Shown here piece after piece: positions 50,548 to 59,718 of a DNA stretch of 64,000 nt (within the stretch, counting starts at the first letter, position 1; each line of letters opens with the position of its first letter). Location of the stretch: assembly GCA_944350445.1 (NCBI GenBank), contig CALVOW010000001.1, forward strand, positions 31,863 through 95,862, given 5' to 3'. The notes beneath the pieces were generated by a model. It did no database searches. It was not told where the DNA came from and was given only the letters and a program-made list of their open reading frames with translations. The position numbers and the translations under genes were made by a program. The DNA comes from an uncultured Bacilli bacterium. Lineage in GTDB: Bacteria > Bacillota_I > Bacilli_A > RF39 > UBA660.

Positions 50548-51771
50548 TTATAATGGTAGAGATATAATCACTTTAGTTCCAACATTTAACTCAGATAAAT
50601 ACTTAATATTTCCCCCATGAAGTTCAATTATTTCTTTGGATAAACTAGTGCCTAAACCCGTACCATTTCTTTTGGTTGTAAAAAATAAATCCATAATATT
50701 ATGTAAAGTCTCTTGATCCATGCCAATTCCATTGTCAGTTACAATAATTTGAAAATATTTCTTTAAAACTTTCGTTTCAATTTTAATTATCATTTTTCCC
50801 TTTTTCGGATCAAAAGCTTCATGAGAATTTTTTAAAATATTAACAAGTACTTGTTTAATTCGATTATAATCAACATTTAAATACAATTCATCATCAGGTA
50901 AATTCATTTTCAAAATAATATTATTTTCTTTAAAAAATAAATTTAAAGAAGCAATCACTTCTTCTAATAACATATAAATATCTACAATTTCTTTATTAAT
51001 CTTTACCTTTGTATATTCTAAATAATCATCCATTAAAGTTAAAGTTCTTTCAATTTCTCCTTTTATAATTGGAATATATTTTTCAACTTTTCTTTTATCA
51101 TTTAAATCTAACATATCTAAATAACCTTTACAAACAGCAATGGGATTTTTAATTTCATGGGTCATTTTAAAAAGTGATGTTCTTAATACTTTTTCCTTTT
51201 CAAGTTCTCTTATAGCCGTATTTAAATTCATGATTTCTTCTCCTCTCAATAAAAAAACAAAAACTAAATAACTACTAACATAAAATACTAGCATCTTTAT
51301 AAAAACATCTACAAAATTAACTAAAAATGCATTTGCTGGATTATTAAAATAAAATATTTCCACTGATAAAGCTATACTTTTAATAAAAATAAAAATATAA
51401 ATTAATAAATTAACTCGTAAAGTTTTTCTATTTATAATAAGATAAATAACAAAATATAAAACATATTCAAAAAAAATAAAAAAAACATTATATTGAAAAT
51501 AAAAAATGTAATATAGACCAATCAAAATAGATAAAATAATACTAGTTAACTCTTTTCTTTTTAAATAACTAATTAAAAGGGGAATATTAATTAAAATTAA
51601 AGAGTTAGAATATTCTTTAAAGACTATAAAAAGTATTACTTGAATAATTAAAATAAAAGATAAAAATAATTTATCATGTTTTAACTTATAATTAGTATTG
51701 TATGATAGATTTAAAAGGTATATAGCCAGTGGTAAGAAAAGAATACTAACATTAAATACAACATTAACCAC
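50548..51771 (-). CDS. Sensor histidine kinase (multi-TM sensor, HisKA, HATPase_c). No response regulator is adjacent.
   Basis: H-box MTHEIKNPIA, and N/G boxes …NSHEAF…GTGLGTSLS. Confidence 0.7.
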   Translation of the reverse strand: MVNVVFNVSILFLPLAIYLLNLSYNTNYKLKHDKLFLSFILIIQVILFIVFKEYSNSLILINIPLLISYLKRKELTSIILSILIGLYYIFYFQYNVFFIFFEYVLYFVIYLIINRKTLRVNLLIYIFIFIKSIALSVEIFYFNNPANAFLVNFVDVFIKMLVFYVSSYLVFVFLLRGEEIMNLNTAIRELEKEKVLRTSLFKMTHEIKNPIAVCKGYLDMLDLNDKRKVEKYIPIIKGEIERTLTLMDDYLEYTKVKINKEIVDIYMLLEEVIASLNLFFKENNIILKMNLPDDELYLNVDYNRIKQVLVNILKNSHEAFDPKKGKMIIKIETKVLKKYFQIIVTDNGIGMDQETLHNIMDLFFTTKRNGTGLGTSLSKEIIELHGGNIKYLSELNVGTKVIISLPL

Positions 51772-51854
51772 AAAATCACCTCTTTGTTAGTATGCCATTT
51801 TCTATTGTCGAACTTTGTCGAAAATTGTCAAAATATTAAAAAAAACGACATTTT

Positions 51855-52166
51855 TTATCGTTTCATGTCGTCTATATATTTTTTTAGTTGCCTTGAATTA
51901 CTTCCTAAAATAATTTTTAATTGGTTATCAATTTCCACTATTCCCTTGGCACCTAGTTTTTGAATTGCTTCTTTATTTACTTTCTCGGTATCACGAAGGG
52001 TAACAACAAATCTTGATAAATTGTAATCACTAGCAACAATATTATCTTTACCACCTAAATAATCAATTAATTTATTAATTTCTAATCTTGCATCTTTTTT
52101 GGTTGATTTTAAAACTGCTAAGAGAATGATTAAAAAGATAATAAAAATTATTATATATTTTACCAT
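51855..52166 (-). CDS. Membrane-anchored degenerate PTS EIIB-like domain protein
   Basis: YLGGKDNIV…NLSRFVVTLRD…GAKGIVEIDNQLKIILG resembles EIIB-Glc, but the phosphorylatable Cys is replaced (C->N). Confidence 0.3.
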   Translation of the reverse strand: MVKYIIIFIIFLIILLAVLKSTKKDARLEINKLIDYLGGKDNIVASDYNLSRFVVTLRDTEKVNKEAIQKLGAKGIVEIDNQLKIILGSNSRQLKKYIDDMKR

Positions 52167-52272
52167 TAAATCACCTCCTTAATTATATAACAAATAACAA
52201 AAAAATAAAAGTAAATTTGCATTTTTTCAAGATATATGCTATAATTATCGAGATTTATTAAGGGGGATATTC

Positions 52273-52740
52273 ATGAATAATGATAAGTTTGAAAAAAAGA
52301 TAGCCAAAAAGTATGGTGTAAATTCAAGTGAATTAAAAAGTTTATCGCTTAGACAAATAAAAAATTTGCAAATAAACAAGAAAAGAACTCTTCAAGATAA
52401 TGAAAAATTTAAATTAGTTAAAAAACCGGTTAAAGCGATTGTTAAAGGAGCTACAATTGGTGCTTCCGTTGCTGGGGTTGTTAATACCGTATTTCCAAAT
52501 TTAGTTCCGGTTGCAGGTACTTATCTTACAACTTCTAGTAATATACCTGATCAAGCTAAACTTGCTATTTTAACAGCTCTTGCTTCATTACCAGTTGATC
52601 TTGCTAGTGGTTATACAGTTTTAGGTATCGGAGCTGGTATTGGATCTCTTGCTTATTCTGGCTATAAATTAGTAAAAATAGCAACTAATAACTTAAAAGT
52701 TATAAGAGATCGCGGTAAAGCTAAAAAATTAAATAGATAA
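52273..52740 (+). CDS. Small protein with a basic N-terminus and Gly/Ala-rich hydrophobic C-terminal segments
   Basis: RBS AAGGGGG. Two GxxxG-like hydrophobic stretches. It has its own terminator. Confidence 0.35.
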   Translation: MNNDKFEKKIAKKYGVNSSELKSLSLRQIKNLQINKKRTLQDNEKFKLVKKPVKAIVKGATIGASVAGVVNTVFPNLVPVAGTYLTTSSNIPDQAKLAILTALASLPVDLASGYTVLGIGAGIGSLAYSGYKLVKIATNNLKVIRDRGKAKKLNR

Positions 52741-52747
52741 AAATAAA

Positions 52748-52772
52748 AATAGATGCGAATCTATTTTTTTAA
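52748..52772. terminator. Bidirectional terminator hairpin TAGATgcgaATCTA plus T-run, between two convergent genes
   Basis: Inverted repeat followed by TTTTTTT. It overlaps the stop of the convergent minus-strand gene. Confidence 0.5.
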
Positions 52773-53579
52773 TACTTTTGTTCTATCTAAAAGTTCTAAT
52801 TCTTCAATTTTTAAAATACCTTCTATATATTTTTCTTTATTTTTATCTCTTACTATAACTGTTTGATTAAAAAATTCAATTATACTTAAATATTCTAATA
52901 TTCTAAAATTTAAAGTATCTTTTGGCATATCTTCTTCTATCTGAATAAATCTCGTTTCTAAAAGTCTTGTCATTTTTTTCTGACCTTTGGAATCGATAAA
53001 GAAATATTCATTACCTTCTTTTACTAAAGCAAAACCAAAACGAAATAAATCAGCTTCATTATAAGTGGGAGAAATAATAAACTCATTATTTCGATTAATA
53101 AATCCCCATTTTCCATTAGTTTTAACTGGAGCTAAACCATTACTAAAAGAGGAAGCCATCTCATATTGAAAAGGAATTATAACTGAATTAGTTTTATCTA
53201 TAAATCCCCAAGCTCCTTCATACTTAACACAAGCTAAATCTTCTTGAAAAGGTAAACCTTTTTGATAATCAAAAGGAATAATTAGGTTAGAATCAGAATC
53301 CCCATAACCAACCATACCATCTTTTTTTAATGGTTTTAAACTACTAAAATCTGAATTTTTCATTTCTTGATTTCGTTTATAAATAATCATTTTTAAATCA
53401 GATTCTGGATATTCACAAGGTAAAACTTCTTCTAAACGATTATTAATAAAACCACATAAACCATTTTGCGAATTCTTAACTAAATAAAAATTTTCATAGG
53501 CATAAGATACCGCATCATATCTTGCCAACACACTTAATCTTCTTTCTAATTCAACTTTTATAAAATCACTTCTTTGCAT
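52761..53579 (-). CDS. WG-repeat (KWGFI) containing protein
   Basis: Repeated GKWGFINRNNEFIISPTY-type WG beta repeats. Confidence 0.5.
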   Translation of the reverse strand: MQRSDFIKVELERRLSVLARYDAVSYAYENFYLVKNSQNGLCGFINNRLEEVLPCEYPESDLKMIIYKRNQEMKNSDFSSLKPLKKDGMVGYGDSDSNLIIPFDYQKGLPFQEDLACVKYEGAWGFIDKTNSVIIPFQYEMASSFSNGLAPVKTNGKWGFINRNNEFIISPTYNEADLFRFGFALVKEGNEYFFIDSKGQKKMTRLLETRFIQIEEDMPKDTLNFRILEYLSIIEFFNQTVIVRDKNKEKYIEGILKIEELELLDRTKVLKK

Positions 53580-53593
53580 ATAATCTCCTTATT

Positions 53594-54838
53594 TTATCTT
53601 TTTATTTTTTTAACCAAATGTTTATCTAAAATATCTTCGAAAAATTCGCTTTCTTCTTGAACTTGAATCGCTTTATAAACACTTATTAAAGATTCTAAAT
53701 ATTTATTGTAATCACTTTCTGATACAAATACTATTTCCGAAGAATTAGTTTTAAAAGCACTTACATACTCTAATATTTCTGGGTTAAAATATTCACTTGG
53801 TATGTCTTGTAAACTTTTAACATACAAAGTTTCTTCTTTATCTTTTAAGTCTTTAAATTCCAATTCTTTACCTTCTCTATCGATAAAAAAACAGCGACTA
53901 TTGTTTACAACAAAGGCAAAACCTTCATGAAAACTAAAAACTAAGTCATATATACAAGGTACTACTATTTCCCCATTTTTATTGATAAAGCCACATTTAT
54001 TTTTACGCTTATCCTTAATAGCAGCTCGTCCTTCATGAAAATCTTTCAAAAAATAGTACTTATAATCATAAGATATTAATTGCTCTCCATTTTTATTTAT
54101 GAAACCTATATTATTTTTCGTTCTTACATAAGCTAAACCTTCATGAAAAGATCTTGCTTTACAATATTTAAAGGCTATTACTTCTTGACCATCTTTATCT
54201 ATAAAACCATATTTACCATTTTGTGGATTTTTAACACATGCTAGTCCTTCATGAAAAGACTTGGCTGATTCATAAATACACGGTATAACCTCTTTACCAA
54301 ATCTATTTATAAAGCCATTATAATATTCCTTTCTAATACACGCTAAACCTTCTCGAAAGCCTTCGGATTCAGAAGAACAAGTAAAAACTAAATCTCCATT
54401 TTCATTTAAATACCTAGTTTCTAGAAATCCATAAGGATCAATTCCTACCAACCCCTCGCAAAAATCTTCTGGTTGCTCTAAAAGATTACATTTAAAAACC
54501 TCTTTGCCTTCTTTATTTAAAAAACTCCAACGATTATTTTTCATAACAGCTACTCGTCCTTCTTGAAAAGACCTTGCCCTATCATAAATACATGGTACTA
54601 TTTCTTGGCCTTGTTTATTGATAAAACCCCATTTTTCATTTTTTAATACAGCAGCTAAACCTTCCGAAAAATTAAGTACATCATCATAAATACGTGGTAT
54701 CACTTCCTTACCATTTTTATTTATAAAACCATACTTTTTATTTTTGGAAACAACTGCTAAACCTTCTTGAAAATTTCTCACTTCATCATAATCGTCTTTT
54801 TTATAAGCCCGAACTTTTAAGTAATCATATCTTTGCAT
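53594..54838 (-). CDS. WG-repeat containing protein (about 8 repeats)
   Basis: Repeats of …KYGFINK.G.EVIP.IY…F.EGLA.V…. Confidence 0.55.
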   Translation of the reverse strand: MQRYDYLKVRAYKKDDYDEVRNFQEGLAVVSKNKKYGFINKNGKEVIPRIYDDVLNFSEGLAAVLKNEKWGFINKQGQEIVPCIYDRARSFQEGRVAVMKNNRWSFLNKEGKEVFKCNLLEQPEDFCEGLVGIDPYGFLETRYLNENGDLVFTCSSESEGFREGLACIRKEYYNGFINRFGKEVIPCIYESAKSFHEGLACVKNPQNGKYGFIDKDGQEVIAFKYCKARSFHEGLAYVRTKNNIGFINKNGEQLISYDYKYYFLKDFHEGRAAIKDKRKNKCGFINKNGEIVVPCIYDLVFSFHEGFAFVVNNSRCFFIDREGKELEFKDLKDKEETLYVKSLQDIPSEYFNPEILEYVSAFKTNSSEIVFVSESDYNKYLESLISVYKAIQVQEESEFFEDILDKHLVKKIKR

Positions 54839-54898
54839 ATTTTCTCCTTTTAATGTTTTCTATTATAAAAGATTTTAAAACATTAATCAATAAAAAAA

Positions 54899-54922
54899 GA
54901 ATAAATGATTTTTCACTTATTC
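54899..54922 (-). terminator. Weak AT-rich hairpin GAATAA…TTATTC plus U-run after the tsf stop
   Basis: Inverted repeat followed by TTTTTTT on the minus strand. Confidence 0.3.
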
Positions 54923-55803
54923 TAATTATTTCCCTGAATTTGACTCATTACTTCCTCAGCAAAGTTTTCTTGTTTCTTTTCAATTCCTTCGCCGACTTCA
55001 TAACGAATCATACTAACTAATTTAGAGTTATTATTTTTTAAATAATCAAAAACTGTTTCTTTATTTTCAGCTTTAACAAAAATTTGGTTTTCAAGACATA
55101 CTTCTTCATAATACTTACGAACTTTTCCAACTAAAATATTATCGATTTTCTCAGCTGGTTTTCCTTCATTTAGTAATTCTTGACGCATGATATTTTTTTC
55201 TTTTTCAAGAACTTCACTTGGAACTTCGCTACTATTTACATAAAGAGGACGCATAGCAGCTGCATGCATAGCAACTTCTCTTGCTACTTCTTCATTACCG
55301 CCATCAATCAATACTAAAGAAGCAATTCTTCCACCCATATGAATATAAGAACCAAAATGTTGATTAGCTGTTTTTTCTAAAACTTGAAAACGACGAAAAC
55401 TAATTTTTTCACCAATTTTAGCTGTAATTGCAACAATTAAAGATTCTAAACTTTCACCATTAACTTGTAAATTTAAAGCTTCTTCCATAGTTTTGGCATC
55501 ACTATTTAAAATAGTTTCTCCAAGGGTTGTAACAAAAGCTTTAAATTCTTCATTTTTAGCCACAAAATCTGTTTCACTATTTACTTCTAAAACTAAGGCT
55601 TTATCACCGTTAATAAAGATTTGACTTAACCCTTCAGCAGCTATTCTTTCCCCTTTTTTAGCAGCTTTGGCAATTCCTTTTTCACGTAAATAATCAATAG
55701 CTGCATCCATATTACCATTCGTTTCTTGTAAAGCCTTTTTACAATCTAACATTCCGGCACCAGTTTTTTCTCTTAAAGTTTTTACATCACTAGCACTAAA
55801 CAT
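54922..55803 (-). CDS. tsf: Elongation factor Ts
   Basis: N-terminal UBA-like LREKTGAGMLDCKKAL and the full EF-Ts length. Confidence 0.9.
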   Translation of the reverse strand: MFSASDVKTLREKTGAGMLDCKKALQETNGNMDAAIDYLREKGIAKAAKKGERIAAEGLSQIFINGDKALVLEVNSETDFVAKNEEFKAFVTTLGETILNSDAKTMEEALNLQVNGESLESLIVAITAKIGEKISFRRFQVLEKTANQHFGSYIHMGGRIASLVLIDGGNEEVAREVAMHAAAMRPLYVNSSEVPSEVLEKEKNIMRQELLNEGKPAEKIDNILVGKVRKYYEEVCLENQIFVKAENKETVFDYLKNNNSKLVSMIRYEVGEGIEKKQENFAEEVMSQIQGNN

Positions 55804-55812
55804 AATTCCTCC

Positions 55813-56745
55813 TTATTTTAAAATTTCTAATAATTCTTCTTTTTTCATTTTTGAGTAGCCTTTAATACCTTGAGATTTAGCTAATTCTTTAAGTTCAATA
55901 AGGGTTAAATTTTTAATATTAACTTCTTTATCAACATCTTTAACTTCTTCTTGAACTTCTGCTTTTACTTCCTTAGCTTTTTCTTCAACTACTTCTTTTG
56001 TTTCTTCTTTTTTAGTTTCTTTTTTATCCTTTTTATCATCTTCATTTACACAATCAACAATTTCATTTCCATTAACACTTGCAATAGCATTAGTTAAAGC
56101 ATTAAGAACTACTTTAACAGCACGAACTGCATCATCATTTCCTGGAATTGGATAATCAAGAACTTCAGGATCGCAATTAGTATCAACAATACCAAAAGTT
56201 TTAATACCAAGTTTATGAGCTTCCCTTACAGCAATTTCTTCTTGTTTTGGATCAACAACAATCATAGCTTGTGGTAACTCTTTCATATCTCTTATACCAG
56301 CTAAATATCTATTTAACTTTTCATATTCTTTATTTAAAAGAGCAACTTCTTTTTTAGGTAATAAATCAAAAGTTCCATCACTTTGCATTTTTTCAAGTTC
56401 TTCTAATCTTTTAACACGTGAACGAATGGTTTTAAAGTTTGTTAAAGTTCCTCCTAACCAACGTTCAATTACATAATACATGTTAGTACGAGTCGCACAT
56501 TCAAGACAAGCTTCACTAGCTTGTTTTTTCGTACCAACAAAAATAACTTTTCCACCGTCTTTAACAATATTTGCAAGAGCTTCATAAGCACTTTCTAATT
56601 TCTTAACGGTTTTTTGTAAATCGATAATATAAATATCATCGCGAGATTCAAAGATGTATTCTTTCATCTTTGGATTCCATCTTCTTTTTTGATGTCCGAA
56701 GTGAACTCCGGCTTCTAATAAATAATTCATTGAAACAACTGTCAT
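55813..56745 (-). CDS. rpsB: 30S ribosomal protein S2 with a K/E-rich C-terminal extension ending in a Rho_N/SAP-like helix motif
   Basis: S2 core, plus a ~70-aa tail ending …[31 protein letters not shown]. Confidence 0.9.
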   Translation of the reverse strand: MTVVSMNYLLEAGVHFGHQKRRWNPKMKEYIFESRDDIYIIDLQKTVKKLESAYEALANIVKDGGKVIFVGTKKQASEACLECATRTNMYYVIERWLGGTLTNFKTIRSRVKRLEELEKMQSDGTFDLLPKKEVALLNKEYEKLNRYLAGIRDMKELPQAMIVVDPKQEEIAVREAHKLGIKTFGIVDTNCDPEVLDYPIPGNDDAVRAVKVVLNALTNAIASVNGNEIVDCVNEDDKKDKKETKKEETKEVVEEKAKEVKAEVQEEVKDVDKEVNIKNLTLIELKELAKSQGIKGYSKMKKEELLEILK

Positions 56746-56835
56746 ATATAAATTCTCCTCTTCTTCTTCAATTAACTTCTTATATTCTTACACATTGGCA
56801 GGACGAATATAAATTCATTAATTTGCTTATTTTTA

Positions 56836-57357
56836 TTATTTTAAAGCTTCAATTAAATCAGCTTTTTTCATTGTTTTATAACCTTCAACATTTTTTTCTT
56901 TAGCAAGGTTTCGAAGTTCTGCAACAGTTAAAGATTTTAAATCTTTATCATCATCTTCTTGAACTTCTTTTTTAGTTTCTTCTTTTTTAACATTCTCTTT
57001 CAAAACTTTACCAGTTTTAGCAATATTAACTAATTCTTTAAAAGCATCTTCATCATTAATTGCAATTTCTGATAACATTTTACGGTTAATTGTAACCCCA
57101 GCTTTATTTAAGCCATCAATAAATTTTGAATAACTAATATCATTCATACGACAAGCAGCATTTATTCTTGTAATCCATAATTTACGAAATTCTCTTTTCT
57201 TTTGTCTTCTATCACGATATGCATAAACACTAGAATGCATTAATTGTTCTTTGGCCGATTTATATAATCTATGTTTACTTCCAAAATAACCACTTGCTTC
57301 TTTTAATACTTTTTTGTGTCTTCTTTTTGTTTGAACACCATTTTTAACTCTTGTCAT
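56836..57357 (-). CDS. rplT: 50S ribosomal protein L20 with a C-terminal extension carrying the same Rho_N/SAP-like motif
   Basis: L20 core (…[19 protein letters not shown]…), plus a tail …[31 protein letters not shown]. Confidence 0.9.
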   Translation of the reverse strand: MTRVKNGVQTKRRHKKVLKEASGYFGSKHRLYKSAKEQLMHSSVYAYRDRRQKKREFRKLWITRINAACRMNDISYSKFIDGLNKAGVTINRKMLSEIAINDEDAFKELVNIAKTGKVLKENVKKEETKKEVQEDDDKDLKSLTVAELRNLAKEKNVEGYKTMKKADLIEALK

Positions 57358-57370
57358 TTAATCCTCCTAA

Positions 57371-57559
57371 CTAGATTATATCTCTTAATCTATTTTGGTC
57401 AGCTTTTGATAAAGTTGATCCCTTTCTATTTTTTCTATTTACAACTGCATTTTTCTTTCCGGTATTATGTCTACTACCTGGTTTTCCAATTTTAATTGTT
57501 CCACCTTTTCTAACTTTTAATACTTTTTTTGTTCCTTTATGCGTCTTTAACTTTGGCAT
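57371..57559 (-). CDS. rpmI: 50S ribosomal protein L35
   Basis: MPKLKTHKGTKKVLKVRKGG…. Confidence 0.85.
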   Translation of the reverse strand: MPKLKTHKGTKKVLKVRKGGTIKIGKPGSRHNTGKKNAVVNRKNRKGSTLSKADQNRLRDII

Positions 57560-57574
57560 AATTTAACTCCTTTC

Positions 57575-58099
57575 TTATTTTTTTGGTGCAAGCATCATTG
57601 TCATAGTTCTACCATCTAACTTAGGTTCGTCAGTAATAACAGCAATATCATTTAATCTAGCCGCAAAATTTTGTAAAACTTCACTACCAATTTCTGTATG
57701 AGCCATTTCACGTCCTCGAAAACGAATAGTAAGTTTAATCTTTGCTCCTTTTTTTAGATAATTACTAACTTGTCTTAACTTAGTTTCAAAATCACCAACA
57801 TCAATTCTTGGACTTAAACGATATTCTTTTGTTTCAACCATATTGGCTTTTTGACGTTTAATATTTTCTTTTTCCTTTTTATTCTTTAAATAACGATACT
57901 TATTGTAATCCATAATTTTACAAACAGGTGGATTACCATTAGGATTCATTAAAACTAAATCAAGCCCAGCATAATTAGCTAAAACTTGGGCATCTTTTAA
58001 AGACTTAACTCCAACTTGTTCTCCATTTGGACCAATTACTAAAACAGAACTCGCTTTGATTTGCTCATTAATTAACAAACCATTTTTGTTATTTGCGAT
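57575..58099 (-). CDS. infC: Translation initiation factor IF-3, probably with a non-AUG (ATC-class) start 6 nt after a GGAGGTG RBS
   Basis: The IF3 core starts at …LLINEQIKASSVLVIGPNGEQ. The ORF-track N-terminal extension to 58150 covers the attenuator hairpin. An unusual start codon is a conserved property of infC. Confidence 0.8.
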   Translation of the reverse strand: MANNKNGLLINEQIKASSVLVIGPNGEQVGVKSLKDAQVLANYAGLDLVLMNPNGNPPVCKIMDYNKYRYLKNKKEKENIKRQKANMVETKEYRLSPRIDVGDFETKLRQVSNYLKKGAKIKLTIRFRGREMAHTEIGSEVLQNFAARLNDIAVITDEPKLDGRTMTMMLAPKK

Positions 58100-58255
58100 A
58101 CAAAACACCTCCAATATTTTAAATTTAAAAAAAGTAGACAGAAAGTCCACTTAAACACACTAAAAAAACAATAAACTTTTTTTCTTAGGCATTTACCCAT
58201 TACGACATGTAATCAGGTGGACAAAATCTCTTTCCTTTTTCAATTTACAAACAAG
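58100..58255 (-). promoter_or_regulatory. infC-rpmI-rplT leader with an attenuator hairpin (GTGGACtttctGTCTAC plus a 7-U run, plus 58121..58150). A distal GTCCAC segment could pair with it alternatively.
   Basis: The hairpin plus U-run lies directly upstream of the infC RBS. Complementary GTCCAC/GTGGAC segments lie ~60 nt apart. This is analogous to the L20-controlled attenuator of the Bacillus infC operon. Confidence 0.45.
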
Positions 58256-58284
58256 ATAATACTAAAAATTTCCTTATTTGTCAA
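58256..58284 (-). promoter_or_regulatory. Sigma-A-type promoter of the infC operon
   Basis: Minus strand reads TTGACA - 17 nt - TATTAT. Confidence 0.55.
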
Positions 58285-58297
58285 GCAATTTTAACTA

Positions 58298-59038
58298 TTA
58301 ACTATTTTTATTTTGGCAAAAATAATTATTTAAATACTTTTTTTCATCTTGAAAATCAATATAATGATAACACTCTTTATAAAAAGCATAAATATTCTTT
58401 GTAATCTTTCCTTTCTTAAATTTAAAATCATATAAATATCTTTCAAGTAAAAATCTTTGATAAGCATACTTAATATCCTTAATACTTTTAATAATTTTAA
58501 AAAATAGAAAAATAAGTAATAAAAATAAATTAAGATTTTGATAATTAAAAAGACAAAATATTATTAAGCTAATTAAGGTTAAAAAAGATAAAATAATACT
58601 TATATAAAAACTAGTTAAATAATTAAAAATTTTATTTAAAAGTAAATTAACTAACTTTCCTCCATCAAGAGTTAAAATCGGTAATAAATTAAAAATTAAA
58701 ATTGTTAAATGATAAGAATAGATATAGTTATAAGAAAAAAAGATATTTAAAATATGATAAGTAATTATTTGACTAATTGGTCCAGCTAAAAGAATTAATA
58801 TTTCTTCATTTATTTTACTATTTTCCCTTTTATTAAATAAAGTTTTTCCACCATAAGGATAAAAAGTAATACTAATAACTTGCCATTTTAAAATAATTCC
58901 CATCATGGCATGACCTAATTCATGAAAAAATAAAAGGACAAAAATAAAAGTAAATTCTTTAAATAAACCTGTTAAAAGAATTAAAAGCAAAAAGAAATAA
59001 AAGGAATTATCTAATTTAATCTTTAATATAGTCTTCAA
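58298..59038 (-). CDS. M50-family intramembrane zinc metalloprotease (SpoIVFB/site-2 protease-like)
   Basis: HELGH in a TM helix and a polytopic membrane protein. Confidence 0.5.
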   Translation of the reverse strand: MKTILKIKLDNSFYFFLLLILLTGLFKEFTFIFVLLFFHELGHAMMGIILKWQVISITFYPYGGKTLFNKRENSKINEEILILLAGPISQIITYHILNIFFSYNYIYSYHLTILIFNLLPILTLDGGKLVNLLLNKIFNYLTSFYISIILSFLTLISLIIFCLFNYQNLNLFLLLIFLFFKIIKSIKDIKYAYQRFLLERYLYDFKFKKGKITKNIYAFYKECYHYIDFQDEKKYLNNYFCQNKNS

Positions 59039-59624
59039 ATTTTAAATATTCCTGGTTCTTTTCGAAAACTAAATACAAGTCTTCTCCTTTTACTTCTCCC
59101 AAATAATCTCCGGAGTTAACGTAATCATAAAGTTTTACACTTATATTTTCAAGATTAGAATACCAAATATCAACACCATCTATTCCTTCAATAATAACAC
59201 TTTCTCCATAGTTATCAATATTACCAATATAAACAACAATCCCTGATTCAATAATAGGAACTAAATAAGACGTTGTAACTGATAATTTATAACCATCTAA
59301 ATATTTATTATATTCAAAGTACTCTAATTTTTCATTAAAAACAACCTCAGTATCCGAATTTTTATAACTTGGTAAAATACTACCAAAATATTTATTATAT
59401 AAATTATTTAAATAAGCAAATGATATATTATCTTTAAATATTTTTTCACTGACAAACTCTTTAAAATTACTATTCGTTTTCATCATAATTAAACAAATAA
59501 TAACTAAGATAATACAAACTAAAATTTTATTAAAAAAACTCATTAAAAAATTCTTTTTTTTATTTTTTTCTTTTTTATTTTTATTCTTATCTTTATCTAA
59601 GAATTTACTAACTGCAGGATCCAT
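59016..59624 (-). CDS. Membrane-anchored degenerate M23/LytM-like protein (SpoIVFA-like position upstream of the M50 protease)
   Basis: N-terminal TM. The C-terminal segment …VVYIGNIDNYGESVIIEGIDGVDIWYSNLENISVKLYDYVNSGDYLGEV is a LytM-like barrel without the HxxxD/HxH metal ligands. Confidence 0.35.
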   Translation of the reverse strand: MDPAVSKFLDKDKNKNKKEKNKKKNFLMSFFNKILVCIILVIICLIMMKTNSNFKEFVSEKIFKDNISFAYLNNLYNKYFGSILPSYKNSDTEVVFNEKLEYFEYNKYLDGYKLSVTTSYLVPIIESGIVVYIGNIDNYGESVIIEGIDGVDIWYSNLENISVKLYDYVNSGDYLGEVKGEDLYLVFEKNQEYLKFEDYIKD

Positions 59625-59718
59625 CTAATCACCAATAAAGTATATTAAGAAATAATTAATTTATGCTTTATAAATAAGAAATAAAATTATAAGCCAAACT
59701 AGTTAAATTATATTGAGG

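Noticed and set aside
58100-58150. ORF-track N-terminal extension of infC (MDFLSTFFKFKILEVFC…)
   Set aside because: These codons are the attenuator hairpin and U-run themselves, and they precede the GGAGGTG RBS. The conserved IF3 N-terminus starts later.
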